This document shows positions 19,300 through 29,939 of a stretch of 64,000 nt of DNA, piece after piece. Made by a program: the position numbers and the translations under genes. Source of the DNA: Candidatus Bathyarchaeota archaeon (GTDB lineage Archaea; Thermoproteota; Bathyarchaeia; 40CM-2-53-6); assembly GCA_963833125.1 (NCBI GenBank), contig CAWHWX010000034.1, positions 1 through 64,000 on the forward strand, in the 5' to 3' direction. Under the pieces are notes generated by a model. The model searched no databases, was not told the DNA's origin, and saw nothing but the letters and a program-made list of their open reading frames with translations. Within the stretch, counting starts at the first letter, position 1. Each line of letters starts with the position of its first letter.

Positions 19300-20106
19300 G
19301 TGTCTGTAGAGAAGCAGAAAGCCCTCGCGCTATCCCTGACGGGGTCGGTGTTTGGGGGCAACAGATTCGCAAACTACTACTGGCTTGGACCACTAGCCTT
19401 GGGTTTTGCTGTGTGGGAAGCCGTTACGAGGTTGGGCGTAGTCCCCAGTAACAATCTACCGACATTTTCGAGCGTACTACTCGTCTTCTTCTCATCGATT
19501 CAGAACGTAACGTTCCTGCTTCGAATAGCGCACAGCTTTCTGAACCTAGTCTGCGGGCTCTTGCTCGCATTCTCGGTCGCCCTTCCACTCGCATTCGTGG
19601 CCGGCAGCAAGAACAAGTTTGACCTAACCCTCACGCCGCTTATCATGCTATTCGGTGCACTTCCAGACCTCTCCTTCCTCCCCCTGCTTGTTCTGTGGTT
19701 TGGTCCTGGAAACGCTGCAGCCGTGATAATGGCCTCAGTAGCTGGCTTCTTTCCGATCTACTTCACAGTACGCCAAGGAACCAAAAACATCCCTCGCGAA
19801 CTATTCGATGTCACTTCTATCTTCAAGTCGGACCGACTCTCGACTTTTACAAAAATGGTCTTACCGGCTATCTCACCACACATGTTCAGTGGGATGAGGC
19901 TGGCGTACGATTTCGCATGGGAAATCATAATTGCTATTGAGATCGCGACTCGTGTGGCGGGAATTGGGAATTTCATAGACGGAAATGTTATGGCAGGTTC
20001 GTTGCAGAGCGGATTCGCCGCAATATTGGCAATCGCTCTTGTGGCGATAGTGGTTGATCGATTGTTTTTCGGCTCGTTGGAATCTTGGGCGAAGAAGTGG
20101 GCTTGA
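19300..20106 (+). CDS. NitT/TauT-family ABC transporter permease
   Basis: LLVLWFG, FFPIYF...G, VLPAISPHMFSGMRLA...W...E, GIG. Confidence 0.85.
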   Translation: MSVEKQKALALSLTGSVFGGNRFANYYWLGPLALGFAVWEAVTRLGVVPSNNLPTFSSVLLVFFSSIQNVTFLLRIAHSFLNLVCGLLLAFSVALPLAFVAGSKNKFDLTLTPLIMLFGALPDLSFLPLLVLWFGPGNAAAVIMASVAGFFPIYFTVRQGTKNIPRELFDVTSIFKSDRLSTFTKMVLPAISPHMFSGMRLAYDFAWEIIIAIEIATRVAGIGNFIDGNVMAGSLQSGFAAILAIALVAIVVDRLFFGSLESWAKKWA

Positions 20107-21026
20107 TGGATAATCACGTTGAATTAGATAATGTGAGCAAGTTCTACGACGTTGAGCGGAAGCTTCACGTGCTGCATGAAGTGAGTTTCGGTATAGGTCT
20201 AGGAGAGTTCGTTTCAATTGTCGGCCCGAGTGGATGCGGGAAGTCAACTCTGCTGAAGATCATTGCGGGGTTAGACAGACCGACGTCGGGCGAAGTTCGC
20301 TTCAAAGGTGGACCCGTTCAAGGCCCTCACGGCAAGATCAGCATGGTCTTCCAGGCATTCGGGTTGTTCCCCTGGAGAAACGTCTTGGAGAACGTAGAGT
20401 ACGGGTTAGAAATGCAGAAGGTTCCGAAGAAGGAACGGCGAGAGTTGTCGGAGCAATATTTGGAGATGGTTGGGCTCGGGGGATATGAGCACATGTATCC
20501 TAAACAGCTATCCGGCGGAATGAGACAACGCGTCGGAATAGCACGGGCACTCGCAGTCGAACCAGAAGTTGTGTTAATGGATGAAGCGTTCAGTGCGATT
20601 GACGAGGTTACAGCCGAAGTCCTGCGAGAGGAAGTGGCTGACATCCACAGACAGACTGGCAAGACGTTCGTTCTAGTTACTCACAACCTATCTGAAGCCA
20701 TCGAGCTTGCAGACAAGGTCGTGGTCCTATCTTCAAGACCTGCAAAAGTAAAGAAAGTCATGCCGGTCTCGTTGGAGCGTCCGAGGGATCGAAGCCATTC
20801 CATGTTCGTTCACATGCACATGGACATACTACATCTGCTGAAAGAAGAATTGGAGAACAGTCTGATTCGCCATAGGCTCAAAGGAGTAAGCGAGCTTCAA
20901 TCAATCCATGACATAGAAACCGAAGGTAACACGGAGAAGCCGAACCAAACCTTACCTACTACTTCAGGTCCGAGCCACACTTCGAACAGAACTTTGCACG
21001 AGCCGGCACAGACGCACCACAGTTAG
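20106..21026 (+). CDS. NitT/TauT-family ABC transporter ATP-binding protein
   Basis: TGATG coupling at 20104-20108; GPSGCGKST, LSGGMRQR, LMDEAF, VTH. The 3' end overlaps a convergent gene. Confidence 0.92.
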   Translation: MDNHVELDNVSKFYDVERKLHVLHEVSFGIGLGEFVSIVGPSGCGKSTLLKIIAGLDRPTSGEVRFKGGPVQGPHGKISMVFQAFGLFPWRNVLENVEYGLEMQKVPKKERRELSEQYLEMVGLGGYEHMYPKQLSGGMRQRVGIARALAVEPEVVLMDEAFSAIDEVTAEVLREEVADIHRQTGKTFVLVTHNLSEAIELADKVVVLSSRPAKVKKVMPVSLERPRDRSHSMFVHMHMDILHLLKEELENSLIRHRLKGVSELQSIHDIETEGNTEKPNQTLPTTSGPSHTSNRTLHEPAQTHHS

Positions 21027-21345
21027 GACAAATCAGAGCAGTCTGAACCGTCCGCGCCTTAGCAGAATCATCCTCCGTTTCCTCTGACGAGACATCAACC
21101 TCTTTCTTCAGTAGAACAACGTCCTCGACAGATTGCACGTCGTCCCAGCCGAAATCCATCTCGCCCTTATTCTTCGTTGATACTCGAATTGAGATTTCCC
21201 TGCTTGTGAAATTGACCAAGATATCTTTGACAGTGCCTACTAGCGACCCCTTCGTGTCGATTACCTGTAAACCCATGAACTGTTCCACAGGCAGTGATTT
21301 GCCGTCTTCCTTTGGCATGGAAAGCATCTGCTTGCCCAGAAACAC
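20959..21345 (-). CDS. PRC-barrel protein with C-terminal Zn-ribbon
   Basis: GLQVIDTKGSLVGTVKDI...W..V..V.DVVLL; CPNCG...AKFCSKCG. Confidence 0.85.
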   Translation of the reverse strand: MFLGKQMLSMPKEDGKSLPVEQFMGLQVIDTKGSLVGTVKDILVNFTSREISIRVSTKNKGEMDFGWDDVQSVEDVVLLKKEVDVSSEETEDDSAKARTVQTALICPNCGASVPARAKFCSKCGSDLK

Positions 21346-21447
21346 ATTCGAATAAATTTGGATTGCGGTTTAGCGTTCACTTGGACGCAACGGCGTTTTC
21401 AAACCACATAACATGGGTCCATATCGCTGTTTCTAAGCGATTGCAGA

Positions 21448-22008
21448 ATGGTTCTACTGAAAACGACTCTCATCGGGGCAATTCTACTTGTGAGTGGCAT
21501 CCTGCTGCTTACCGTTGTAGGGCAGTACATTACGGTTCAGGTTCAAGTGGTGCAACGGCACGATGTGGAGTCGCATGCACAATTCTTGGTAGGGGATGTC
21601 ACGGACAGGCCGTACTCACTCCCCGCTGGTGTGTCAGTCTTCGGCACAGTCGACGTAACCCAGGCGCCCACAAATAGCTCAAGTGATGTTCAATTCCTAG
21701 TTTTCGACAACACCAATTACCAAAGTTGGGCGACCGGACAACAGTCAAACTTCATATTTTCCGGGGATCAGCAGGGCAATTCTAACTTCACTTTCAACAC
21801 CAACAACAGTGGCGTTTATCACTTCGTCTTCGACAATCGAGCCTCACTCTTCAAGAAATATGTGACACTTTCTGTGAGTTACAATGAGGTATCGACTAGC
21901 CGGCAACCAGACCCGCGAACACCGGACGTTGGATGGGGCCTGAGTGTTGTTGGACTAGTGATTCTCGGTTACGGATTAGTTAGGAAACCCACCGTCTCTT
22001 GGGCCTAG
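21448..22008 (+). CDS. Membrane-anchored GOLD (emp24/p24)-like beta-sandwich protein
   Basis: N- and C-terminal TMs; VQFLVFD...FTFNT..SGVYHFVFDNRAS..KKYVTLSV. Confidence 0.6.
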   Translation: MVLLKTTLIGAILLVSGILLLTVVGQYITVQVQVVQRHDVESHAQFLVGDVTDRPYSLPAGVSVFGTVDVTQAPTNSSSDVQFLVFDNTNYQSWATGQQSNFIFSGDQQGNSNFTFNTNNSGVYHFVFDNRASLFKKYVTLSVSYNEVSTSRQPDPRTPDVGWGLSVVGLVILGYGLVRKPTVSWA

Positions 22009-22089
22009 AAGAGTTCGCCAACGCTCAGGCGCAGGTAAATCAGGAATCGGTCGAAAGCACTAATTACCGCTGCCACTCTAGGTCTTGAC

Positions 22090-22401
22090 GTGTTTGGCTT
22101 GAGTGGGCTTACCCAGAAGTCGGTTTACGCTGATAAGGTATTGGCAACAATTTTAGGTGTAAGGGAAGGAGATCACGTAAGTTACGCTCAGCTATCCAAG
22201 GGAATTCACAAATACATTAAGGAAAACAACCTCAAGAACCCGCCACCTCTCAGACCGAGTGCATCCCCTATGATAGTCGCGCCTCAAACAGAGATTACGA
22301 ATGCGGTTGTGACTGCCATCGTCACGAAGAGATGCAGGGACTGTGAGAGTGAGATTCCGGCTGGGGCAGTTTTCTGCGATTTGTGTGGAGTGCGGCAATA
22401 G
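22090..22401 (+). CDS. Partial SWIB/MDM2-like domain plus C-terminal Zn-ribbon
   Basis: LATILG...VSYAQLSKGIHKYIKENNLKNP resembles the SWIB helix motif (YIK..NL); CRDC...FCDLCG. Confidence 0.65.
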   Translation: MFGLSGLTQKSVYADKVLATILGVREGDHVSYAQLSKGIHKYIKENNLKNPPPLRPSASPMIVAPQTEITNAVVTAIVTKRCRDCESEIPAGAVFCDLCGVRQ

Positions 22402-22509
22402 AGATCGTCCGGAATGTTGCACTTCAATTTGACCTTTGCAATGCCATCTTAAATACAATCACCATTCGGCTACCATACTTTTAACCCTCGTAGCCAGAGG
22501 GAGCTTTCC

Positions 22510-24090
22510 ATGGCGACCGACAAGATAGGGATCGTAGGATACGGTGCTTACGTTCCCCTCCAACGGATCCAGAGTGAACTCATCGTCAGAGAAAGGGAAG
22601 GAAATCGTGAAGATCTCCCTGAATTTCTTGACAAAGTAAGGAACGGTCTCCTGCTCCGCGACAAATCGGTAGCGGGTATATCTGAAGACTCGATTACGAT
22701 CGCGACTGAAGCCGCGCAGAACGCTGTAGATATGGCGGGTGTAGATCCAGGCGAGATTGAAACGGTAGCCGTGGGGTCCGAATCAAAACCCTACGCCGTG
22801 GGAACCATAGCGCGTCACGTTGCTTCATTTCTGGGAATGGGAAACCGCGTATACATCGCAGACCTAGAAGGGGCATGCAATTCTGGAATGCAATCATCCG
22901 CATTCGTCGAGAGTCAGATTCTCAGCGGTCGAATAAAGTACGGCCTAGCTATTGGCGCAGACGTAGCCCAAGCCCCTGTAGGCGATCCCTTAGAGTACGC
23001 GTGCGGCGCAGGCGCGGGCGCATTCCTTCTTGGTGCTGCCGATCGGGTCGCGACGATTGAAGATACGGCGGCCTATTCAACCCTCACGCTCGACTTTTGG
23101 CGAAGGGATGGAATTCATGTTCCAAGCCACTTCGGGAGAACCACAGTTGAGGCATACATCAAACACGTGATTGGAGCAATCGAGGGCTTGCTCATGAAGC
23201 ATCCGGAAATTTCGCTGCAAGATTTCGATTACGTAACATTCCATCAGCCCTCCGGTTACATGCCTATGAAAACATGCAAGACTCTCGCCCAAGAAAAAAT
23301 CCCTATACTCGACAACCCAGAGCTCGAAGAACGCATCAGGCTGACCCCTGAATTCATTGAGGAAAGAATACGCCCATGGCTCAGGGTGCTTGATACGGGG
23401 AACACATACGCAGCATCAACTCTAATCGCGACCTGCGACATTCTTGACCATGCCAAGCCAGGAGAAAACGTCCTAGCAGTATCTTACGGCTCAGGCGCGT
23501 ATACGATCGCCACGTGGTTGCATGTGGAGGATGCAATCCTCAGGAAGAGGGGTAGAACACCTACGGTCAGGGACTATCTGAACAGAAGACGTGACATCAG
23601 CTTAGAGTCCTACCGCAGGCTCATGAGGTTCAAGCAACACTCGATAAGAAGCAAATTGGAACTGCCACGCATAGTGGCTGAGGTCGAACCATACAACGGC
23701 AAGACCATAACGTATACCCTATGCAACGGCTGTGGCCGCGTATTCTACCCAATGAGGGACAGGTGTCTAGAATTCGATTGCAAGGGTCCAGTCGAACAAC
23801 ACACAATGCCACTCAACGCACGACTGCTCTCCATAGACAAACCCACCATGCGAGAACGATTCGAATCGAACTTCGAGCTCCTAAAACAAGGCAAAGTGCT
23901 CGTAGTTGACGCAATGGCTAGCGAGCTGACTCCAGGAATGGAACTGGAATCAGTCATCAGACGATTAGACGACGAAGGAAAGTCTGGCCTCATCATTTAT
24001 GGACCCGTCTTTAGGCCTGTTTTCAGGACGAAAGCGTTGCTAAAGGAAGCTGAAGCGAAAGCAGCACCTGCAAGAGTCATAGCTCGCTAG
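22510..24090 (+). CDS. Archaeal hydroxymethylglutaryl-CoA synthase fused to a DUF35 (Zn-ribbon/OB) domain
   Basis: VGSESKPYA, GACNSG, DFWRR, FHQP, GNTY, SYGSGA; then CNGCGRVFYP.RDRC and RRL...GLIIYGPVFRP. Confidence 0.9.
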   Translation: MATDKIGIVGYGAYVPLQRIQSELIVREREGNREDLPEFLDKVRNGLLLRDKSVAGISEDSITIATEAAQNAVDMAGVDPGEIETVAVGSESKPYAVGTIARHVASFLGMGNRVYIADLEGACNSGMQSSAFVESQILSGRIKYGLAIGADVAQAPVGDPLEYACGAGAGAFLLGAADRVATIEDTAAYSTLTLDFWRRDGIHVPSHFGRTTVEAYIKHVIGAIEGLLMKHPEISLQDFDYVTFHQPSGYMPMKTCKTLAQEKIPILDNPELEERIRLTPEFIEERIRPWLRVLDTGNTYAASTLIATCDILDHAKPGENVLAVSYGSGAYTIATWLHVEDAILRKRGRTPTVRDYLNRRRDISLESYRRLMRFKQHSIRSKLELPRIVAEVEPYNGKTITYTLCNGCGRVFYPMRDRCLEFDCKGPVEQHTMPLNARLLSIDKPTMRERFESNFELLKQGKVLVVDAMASELTPGMELESVIRRLDDEGKSGLIIYGPVFRPVFRTKALLKEAEAKAAPARVIAR

Positions 24091-24315
24091 ATCGACCAGA
24101 GAATGATACAAGTAGCTAACCCTAAGATTGGAAGAGGTCTGCAGTAGAAGAGTAGGAGCCGATTCTGCGGGGATTAGCATGAGTCCTCGTTGAGTTTTCT
24201 CTAATCCGATTTCTTAGCAACCGACAGCGACATAATCATGCCATGGTTGGCGGAACCAAGAATTTGATAAAGCCCACCACCTCCAAGACTCGAACCTGCT
24301 AAGGAGGCAATATCC

Positions 24316-26192
24316 ACGTGCGGCATAGCCGGATTCGCCGGCCTCAACGATGAGACTCTCCTGCGCCGCATGATCCAAGTCATACACCATCGTGGACCAG
24401 ACGATACCGGGTTCTACCTCGAGGGTAGCATTGGGCTGGCTAACGCCCGGTTGAGCATAATCGATATCGCAGGCGGCCATCAACCTATTCAGAACGAAAC
24501 CGGCACCGTCCACGTAACCTACAACGGTGAGATCTACAACTACCGGCAACTACGGCATGAACTCCAGCAGCTAGGACATAAATTCAGAACCCAATCCGAC
24601 ACGGAAATAATTGTCCACGGTTACGAGCAGTACGGAGAGTCCTTTGTAAGCAAACTCAACGGCATGTTCGCCGATCGCGCTATGGGATTCGACCAAGAAA
24701 AAACTGATTCTTGCACGAGACCGGATGGGCATCAAACCGCTATACTACATGGTGAGCGGCGAGGTATTGCTCTTCGCATCCGAAATGAAAGCTATCCTGC
24801 AAGCGCCGATGGAGAGAATTGTCGACCGCCAATCCCTATACGCAATCATCAATCTAGGATACATCCCGGGGGATCGGACACTACTAGAGGGCATACGCAA
24901 ACTCCCCCCGTCCAGTTACCTCGTCTACCAAAACAACTCAGTGAGGATTGAGAGTTACTGGGGAATTCCCCCAATCGAAGTTTCCCACTAATGAAGGGCA
25001 GTTGCTTGAAAGGCTTGAAGCCGTTCTCGCAGAATCAGTGCGCGACCAGCTCGTCGCAGATGTGCCCGTTGGCTGCTTCCTCTCTGGAGGACTGGATACC
25101 TCCGTCTTGGTCGCGTATGCTGCAAGGGCTTCACGTGAACCATTGAAAACTTTCTGCATGGGGTTCGGCGAAGAAACGGACGAGTTTAAGGATGCAAGAT
25201 TGATCGCGGACCGTTTTGGGACAGATCACCATGAGCTCACTGTCGATAGTTCACAGGCCATGAAACTATACCCGAGAATGATCTGGCACATGGAGGCACC
25301 CAAATACAACCTATACCCATGGTTTGTCTGCGAACTCGTCCACAAATACGTGAAAGTATGCTTAAGCGGGAACGGAGGAGACGAGGTATTCGGCGGGTAC
25401 TACGCCCGCTACCAGAACGCTCTGCGAATCCAGGAACTAGCTAGGAAAGAATTAGCTTGGACGCTAAGAATACCAAGTCGTTTCTTACAGGGATTACCTC
25501 AGGGCATGAAGACACAGAACCGATTCAGAGTATTACAAAACCTAGGCGATAACGTAGCCGAATACTTGATTTTGGCGGGAGTACTTCCAGACTCATTTAA
25601 TACGAAATTATTCAAAGAAGAGGACTCAGCATCTAGCCTAAAGGAGCTTTATGCGCCGTTCTTTGAAGGAGTCGATTTCGTTCAGGGAGCTATGAATGCT
25701 GAGCTACGCACGAAACTAGTCGATGACCTGCTCTCCGTCGACGACTCGATGAGCATGGCAAGCTCACTTGAACTTAGAGTTCCACTACTCGATAACAGAA
25801 TCGTAGATCTTATGACGACGATTCCTTGGAGGCTGAAATTTGCCCCGGGGACATTTGGTAAATTACTGTTGAGAAAAGTTGTGCAGAAAGTCTTGCCTGA
25901 TGAGGCTATGCGCAAACCCAAGTGGGGGTTCAGCGTGAACGTACAGGCATGGTATAACGGAGAATTGGGGGAACTTATCCGGCAAATCCTCCCCGAGTCA
26001 GACGTACTATCCAGATACTTCAAAATGAAAACCGTCCACGACATAATTGATGCGACAACTGGAAGAGTCGAGGATAGACGATTGCAGGTTCTGCTCTGGC
26101 AATTATTGGGGTTTCATTTCTGGCACAAGATTTTCATTGAAAGCAAGCATGTGGATGCCGCCAAGCTTCAGGTCGAGGCATTGGTGGCTTAA
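24316..26192 (+). CDS. asnB: Asparagine synthase (glutamine-hydrolysing) family amidotransferase, ACG start, two apparent frameshifts
   Basis: (M)CGIAG, HRGPDD, RLSIID..GHQP, NGEIYN, RDRMGIKPLYY, FLSGGLDTS, LSGNGGDEVFGGY, ELRVPLLD, KPKWGF. Confidence 0.9.
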
Positions 26193-26195
26193 CGT

Positions 26196-27062
26196 TTGAG
26201 TTACTGGGTTGTCGTAGTCGCGAGAAACGCCGCCCAACATCTCTCGACTACCCTTGATTCGCTGCTACGACAAACCATTTCACCTGAGCGCGTGACGGTA
26301 GTTGACGATGGGTCGACAGACGAAACCGGACGAATTCTTCTACGCTACAAAGAGCACGATCGTACCATTGACCCGCTGACCCTGCCGAACAGAGGATACG
26401 ACATCCGACGCGTCCCATCTAACATCAACCTAGCGTGGAAACTAAACAAAGAAACCGGCTTGCGAACAGAATTCTTCATGATAAGCGGAGACGATTGCTC
26501 CTACCCCACCAGATACGCCGAGACACTAATCTCTCGCATGCGATCAAACGAACGACTCGTCGTCGCCAGTGGTCTACCCTCATCCACTGGCGCTTTTACT
26601 CGCGAACACACAGTCTCAGGGAGCGGCCGCATGATCAAGAGTCATTTCTGGGTCGAGGTCGGCGGTCGTTACCCGGTCAAGGCGGGTTGGGAAACATGGC
26701 TGCTCTACTCCGCCGCGATGAAAGGTCTTGATACACGTCTTTTCAATGATCTACGCTACCAACATGTTCGCCCGAGAGGAACTACGCACCAGTTTGCCTA
26801 TTGGGGTGCGGCCATGGGTACTCTCGGCTATCACCCACTATACGCGTTGGGTCGAATCTCCAAGAACGCCCTGATCAGATCGATCGGGGTGAAAGGTTCT
26901 GTCAACATGCTGCGAGGATATGTTCAGTCACAATTGGGATCGGAGGATCCGTTCATTTCTCCATTCGACCCGCATCTTAGAGAATTCGTCATGAGAGAGC
27001 AAAGTCGTAGAATCCAAATGATCGCTGCTGCGGTTCGTGTAGTGCTCACCTTCGGTGGGTGA
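26196..27062 (+). CDS. GT2 family glycosyltransferase
   Basis: VARNAA, VVDDGSTDET, SGDD, GWET. Confidence 0.85.
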   Translation: MSYWVVVVARNAAQHLSTTLDSLLRQTISPERVTVVDDGSTDETGRILLRYKEHDRTIDPLTLPNRGYDIRRVPSNINLAWKLNKETGLRTEFFMISGDDCSYPTRYAETLISRMRSNERLVVASGLPSSTGAFTREHTVSGSGRMIKSHFWVEVGGRYPVKAGWETWLLYSAAMKGLDTRLFNDLRYQHVRPRGTTHQFAYWGAAMGTLGYHPLYALGRISKNALIRSIGVKGSVNMLRGYVQSQLGSEDPFISPFDPHLREFVMREQSRRIQMIAAAVRVVLTFGG

Positions 27063-27215
27063 GGGAATGTGAGAGGCGTTTCATCCAAGCTCCTTCCAAA
27101 TCTGATGACAACAATGCCGAGAAGTGGAAATGGTGGAACGACGTTTAACCGGCGGGGTGATACACGCATTATTGGATGCTACTCAGGGTAGTGCCATGAG
27201 GTGACAAGGCGAATC

Positions 27216-27953
27216 TTGAAAACGCGATATGGTATACTCTGGCATTGGCTCTTCTCCTCCCGTTAGCCGCCGTAGGCATAAGCGGCGGGTCAGTGTTCGC
27301 TCAGTCATATTGTTCAGTACAGGTTGGTTCTGCGTCTGCGACAACGCAGTACTATGGATCAAACTCATACGGTTCCTATAGCTCTTGGAACATTCAACTG
27401 ACTTTGCCGGTCTCAGCAAGCTGTCAGAATATGGGTGGATCATTGTGGGCTGTGGGCAACGCGTACGACACGGTAGCAAACACGAATTTAGGCTCCGCTA
27501 GTACCGCGATCAACTCGAATGGCGGCTACAATAGCGGCCAGCTAGTGTTCACACTACCCCCTTCGGTAGTCGAGCACGCGCTACAAATTTCAATCACTGT
27601 CTACGGCAACTACAACAACGGACAGTATGGTTCAGTAGTGGGTTCAACTTCGCAAACTAGTGACCATTCACTCGAATAGCTACTCAACTCCATCATATCC
27701 CTACAACAATTCTCCGACTTACCCATCTTACCCCTCAAACTATTACCAATCTTACCCGTCTTACTACAACGGTTATCCAATGTACTATTATTACTACAAC
27801 GGCAATTACTACTATTACTATCCATCTAGCTACTACAATTACTATCCAAGCTACCAACAAGTTAGCGGGTGCTACAACGGGCAAGCCATCGTTTACTACA
27901 ACGGAGCGTACTACTACGTAAGCTGTTACCAGTACTACCACCATCACCACTAA
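27216..27953 (+). CDS. Secreted protein with Tyr-rich low-complexity C-terminus; apparent frameshifts near 27240 and 27660
   Basis: GAGGTGA upstream of TTG 27216, signal-like start, beta-rich domain (27245-27660), then YPSY/YYYYYNGNYYYYY tract ending YYHHHH. Confidence 0.65.
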
Positions 27954-28152
27954 GAAAACCCAACCCTTTGGGGAGCTGTACGAAACTCCCCCAGTCTTTT
28001 TCCTACCAACAAACGAGAATCCGTGTTTTCACACAGAATGCTCCTTGAAAGGTTCTGGTGATTACGGGATTGTGCGGTAGCGTACCAATTAGAAAGTGGT
28101 GTCCGTTGTCCGGAGGAGGCTTGATTCTTTAGCGCTGGCTTTTGTGATAAAC

Positions 28153-29844
28153 CTACAAACCCTTGTCCACCGATAGTTTGTTCACGATCGGCATCTTCCA
28201 ACCCAAACCGAAAGCCTTCTTGGTTATCTTAATGACCGGAGCGGCCTGGCGTCGCTTGTACTCGGCGAATCTGACACGACGCAAACAATCATCTACTACA
28301 ATCTCATTGTAACCTTTCTTCAACAACTCAGCTTTTGATAGTCTGTTCTCTATGATGTCGTCGGCGAGTGGAGATACGATTGCGTAGTCGAACGGATCAA
28401 ACTGGTCCGGCTTCAGTTCTGCTGAAGGAATCTTACTAAAGCAGTTCTCTGGAATCACCATCCGGCCTGATCTCTGGTTATAGTATCGGATAGGGCATAG
28501 ACTTCCGTCTTGCTAACATCACCTATGACTTCAAGGCCGCCGCTCATATCTCCATACAACGTAGCATACCCAAGGGCCAGTTCTGTCTTGTTTCCCGTTG
28601 CTAATACTAGCCCACCGAACTTGTTGGATAGAGCCATCAAGAGGTTTCCCCTTATTCGTGATTGCAGGTTCTCTTCGGCTACGTCTGAAGGTCGTCCCTT
28701 GAATGGTTGTTTCAATTGTTCTATGTATGCGACGAATATTGGCTCGATGGCAATCGTGAGAAACTCTATCCCTAAGTTGTCGGCGAGTACCTTAGCATCA
28801 CTCTTGCTGTGGTCGCTCGAATAACGGGAAGGCATGGAAACACCAGATACGTTCTCTTTACCTAGTGCGGCGGCGGCGATTGCGGCGACTAATGAAGAAT
28901 CGATGCCGCCGCTCAACCCAATGTAGGCGTGTTCAAAACCCGTCTTTCTGAAGTAGTCTCTTACGCCGAGAACTAGCGCATCTAAGATCTCCTGCTCGGC
29001 TGTCCGCGATGGTGCTGTAGTCTCAGGCGTTTCGTGGTCGGCATCTATTTCGATTATGATGAGATCTTCTTCGAATTGCTTCCCGATGCCAATCAGTCGA
29101 CCTTCACGGTCGACGGCCAGGCTTTCGCCGTCGAAGACCAATTCATCCTGCCCACCAACCATGTTCACATAGAAGATTGGGACGCCCAGACGCTTCGCCT
29201 TTCGTTTCAAGATGTTCAAACGCGTTTGCGCATACCATGGTGGAATGGGGAGGCGTTAATGTTCACGACGAGGCGTGCGCCCTGTTCTGCGAGGGCGTCT
29301 ACCACCTTCACGCCATACCCAATAGCTTCGTCCCAGATATCTTCGCAAACAGATGCGCCCAATGTTATTTCTTGGCCTTGGATGTCGATTTTCACAGGAC
29401 TGTTTACGAGGGCTGGGGTGAAGTAACGTTGCTCATCGAAGACATCGTATGTTGGCAGTAAGGTCTTGTAAATTACCTGCTTCACCTTTCCTTGGTTGAT
29501 CACCGCCGCCGTGTTGAATAGGTTGGTTTCATCGTAGTCAACGAATCCTACGACCGCTGTAATTGAGCCAATTTTCTTCGCCAAATCATACAAATACCGT
29601 TTGTTGAGTCGAATGAAATCTTCCTGCTCTGGTTTACGATTACCGCTAGGCGGGCGGGTTTGCGAGGGGGCAACAGGTCAAGTGGTGGATAGCCAGTCAT
29701 TGCCATCTCAGGAAAGGCCACCACGTCTGCTCCAGCCTCCTTAGCCTTCCTAGCGTATTCAAGGATGATTCGGGCATTACCTTCGAGATCCCCTACCGTA
29801 GGGTTGATCTGCGCCATCGCGACTCGTGGCAATATAATCGGCAC
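28153..29844 (-). CDS. nadE: Glutamine-dependent NAD+ synthetase, split by about three frameshifts
   Basis: AQINPTVGDLEGN, FPEMAMTGYPP.DL, LPTYDVFDE.RYF, CEDIW, GLSGGIDS, ENLQSRIRG, TGNKTE..GYATLYGD, PSAELKPDQ, EYKRRQA. Confidence 0.92.
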
Positions 29845-29939
29845 GATTAGGTCGTTCTCGCAACAAAGGCTTTGCCGTCATAAGCGGGAGGCCAGCACTT
29901 GGACTCGCTTAGTTTAAAATACTCACGACCTTCAGCGAC

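Noticed and set aside
24103-24147. Short ORF MIQVANPKIG resembling a DegT-type aminotransferase N-terminus
   Set aside because: Only 14 codons with no recognisable continuation.
27680-27950. TAC/TAT-rich tract as a CRISPR array or microsatellite
   Set aside because: No constant repeat-spacer period; the pattern is explained by Tyr-rich coding.
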